From NCBI GenBank assembly GCA_001788095.1, contig MFZX01000038.1:1-55301 (forward strand): a stretch of 55,301 nt of DNA. Reading direction: 5' to 3'. The notes beneath the pieces are model-generated. The model was not told where the DNA came from, did not search any database, and worked only from the letters and a program-made list of their open reading frames with translations. Position 1 is the first letter of the stretch; each line of letters begins with the position of its first letter. Made by a program: the position numbers and the translations under genes. This DNA comes from Candidatus Roizmanbacteria bacterium RIFCSPHIGHO2_12_FULL_37_23. GTDB lineage: Bacteria > Patescibacteriota > Microgenomatia > UBA1406 > HO2-37-13b. Shown one piece after another: positions 54,099-55,301 of the stretch.

Positions 54099-55061
54099 AT
54101 GTTAAGCATCAAGTCCCTGTTTAATCAGTCGCCTCCTCACATCAATATCGTGAAAAGACATACAGCCCTTCTTATGGGTCAGGCCATTGTATTGCTGTTT
54201 CTTGCAATCGTTTATGTTGGTCTTGAGTTTAAAGCAACGATCATGGAGGTAGGTGTTGAAAAGGGTGTCATGTCCCCTCTTGTTCTGGAGACCTCTCAAG
54301 ATGATGCAGTATTAGGATCTGAAACTGAAACCATACCGACGCCAGAATCTACACAAAATATAGTTGAAGAAGGAGTCGTTGAAGTTACACCAACACCTAG
54401 TCCTTTCCCTAAACCTTCTCAAAAAGAATACACAATTGCTGTGTATGGCGATTCTATGGAAGATACAATGGGTTCAGGACTGGAATATTTAGACCACGAA
54501 CTTACCACACGTTATCCCGAAACAACATTTCATTTCTATAATTATGGTATGGGTTCAAATAATGTACGCGATGGTCTGGAGAGATTTCATCGACCTTTTC
54601 ACTATCAAGATCGCGATTATAGGAAAATTGCTGATATTAAACCGGATATAATTGTCATGGGTTCCTTCGCTTATAATGTGCTTACGCCACACGACCGTGA
54701 CTCTCACTGGCTTGGGTTAACACATCTTGTTCAAGAAGCTCAAAAGATCACACCGCACGTGTATATATTGGCTGAAATTGCACCAAAAAGACGGGGGTTT
54801 GGATTTGGACCAAATGGCATAAATTGGGAACCAGCAACAGCCTATGAACATACAGGCAAAATTATTGAACAGCTTGAGAACGCAGTAGGACTTTCTCAGC
54901 CTTTGCATGTACCGCTTATCGATGCGTATACCCCGTCTCTTCAAGAAGAAAAAAAGGAAGGTCGACCTGAGCTCATAAATTCTTCCGATGGTATTCATCC
55001 TTCAGTAGAAGGTCATGAATTTATTGCTAAGATCATAGCAGATACTATTGAACTTCCATAA
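54099..55061 (+). CDS. membrane-anchored SGNH/GDSL hydrolase
   Basis: TM; AVYGDSM, NYGMGS, DGIHPSVEGH. Confidence 0.85.
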   Translation: MLSIKSLFNQSPPHINIVKRHTALLMGQAIVLLFLAIVYVGLEFKATIMEVGVEKGVMSPLVLETSQDDAVLGSETETIPTPESTQNIVEEGVVEVTPTPSPFPKPSQKEYTIAVYGDSMEDTMGSGLEYLDHELTTRYPETTFHFYNYGMGSNNVRDGLERFHRPFHYQDRDYRKIADIKPDIIVMGSFAYNVLTPHDRDSHWLGLTHLVQEAQKITPHVYILAEIAPKRRGFGFGPNGINWEPATAYEHTGKIIEQLENAVGLSQPLHVPLIDAYTPSLQEEKKEGRPELINSSDGIHPSVEGHEFIAKIIADTIELP

Positions 55062-55147
55062 AAAAATGCTCTTCAGAATCGGCCTGTAGAAATCTAATGT
55101 ATTAGGTAGATAGTCGTAAAAGAATGGGTTATACTATTATTCGCATA

Positions 55148-55234
55148 GGAGGTGTCGCATAGCTGGTCCATTGCACAGGTTTGCTAAACCTGCGAGCCCA
55201 AAAGCTCACGTGGGTTCGAATCCCACCACCTCCG
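55148..55234 (+). tRNA. tRNA-Ser (GCU)
   Basis: ggaggtg/cacctcc acceptor, caggt-ttGCTaa-acctg anticodon arm, long variable arm, gggttcgaatccc. Confidence 0.95.
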
Positions 55235-55301
55235 CCTTCGCAGAAGCGTCCACAAACTGGCACCTAGCAGTCAGAAATAGGTTGGTAGGACAATCCCGTG
55301 T

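Noticed and set aside
1-55301. Alternative genetic code (UGA=Gly, as in some CPR lineages)
   Set aside because: TGA acts as a stop in coherent genes and ATGA overlaps; conserved genes are intact under code 11

Overview
AT-rich (~35-40% GC by eye) bacterial chromosomal DNA in genetic code 11. It is most consistent with a Patescibacteria/CPR genome, probably Microgenomates (inferred from a DUF5663-like gene, rplJ-rplL isolated from rplKA/rpoB, many leaderless genes and surface-protein style). Housekeeping content: rplJ, rplL, nfo, pth, tRNA-Leu(CAG), tRNA-Ser(GCU), a hexokinase-like kinase and an ATP-grasp operon. The dominant content is three clusters of surface-protein genes (1-9007, 24141-42484, 48532-52477). 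About 12 proteins carry dockerin/EF-hand-like Ca-binding repeats and about 6-7 are membrane-anchored cohesin-like proteins. Five very large dockerin proteins begin with a type IV prepilin-like (class III) signal and carry shuffled VWA, Cys-rich and unrecognised domains. M4 and S8 proteases lie in the same clusters. Together these suggest a cellulosome-like cohesin-dockerin surface assembly, possibly pilus-linked. Also present: a REP-flanked RAYT transposase, a ~1.5 kb GC-rich island of membrane ORFs, a minus-strand run with a 1180-aa membrane protein and a GT2-APH-methyltransferase fusion, a WxL/fimbrial-like trio, and several intergenic repeat families. All domain calls come from motif recognition by eye; no database search was run.
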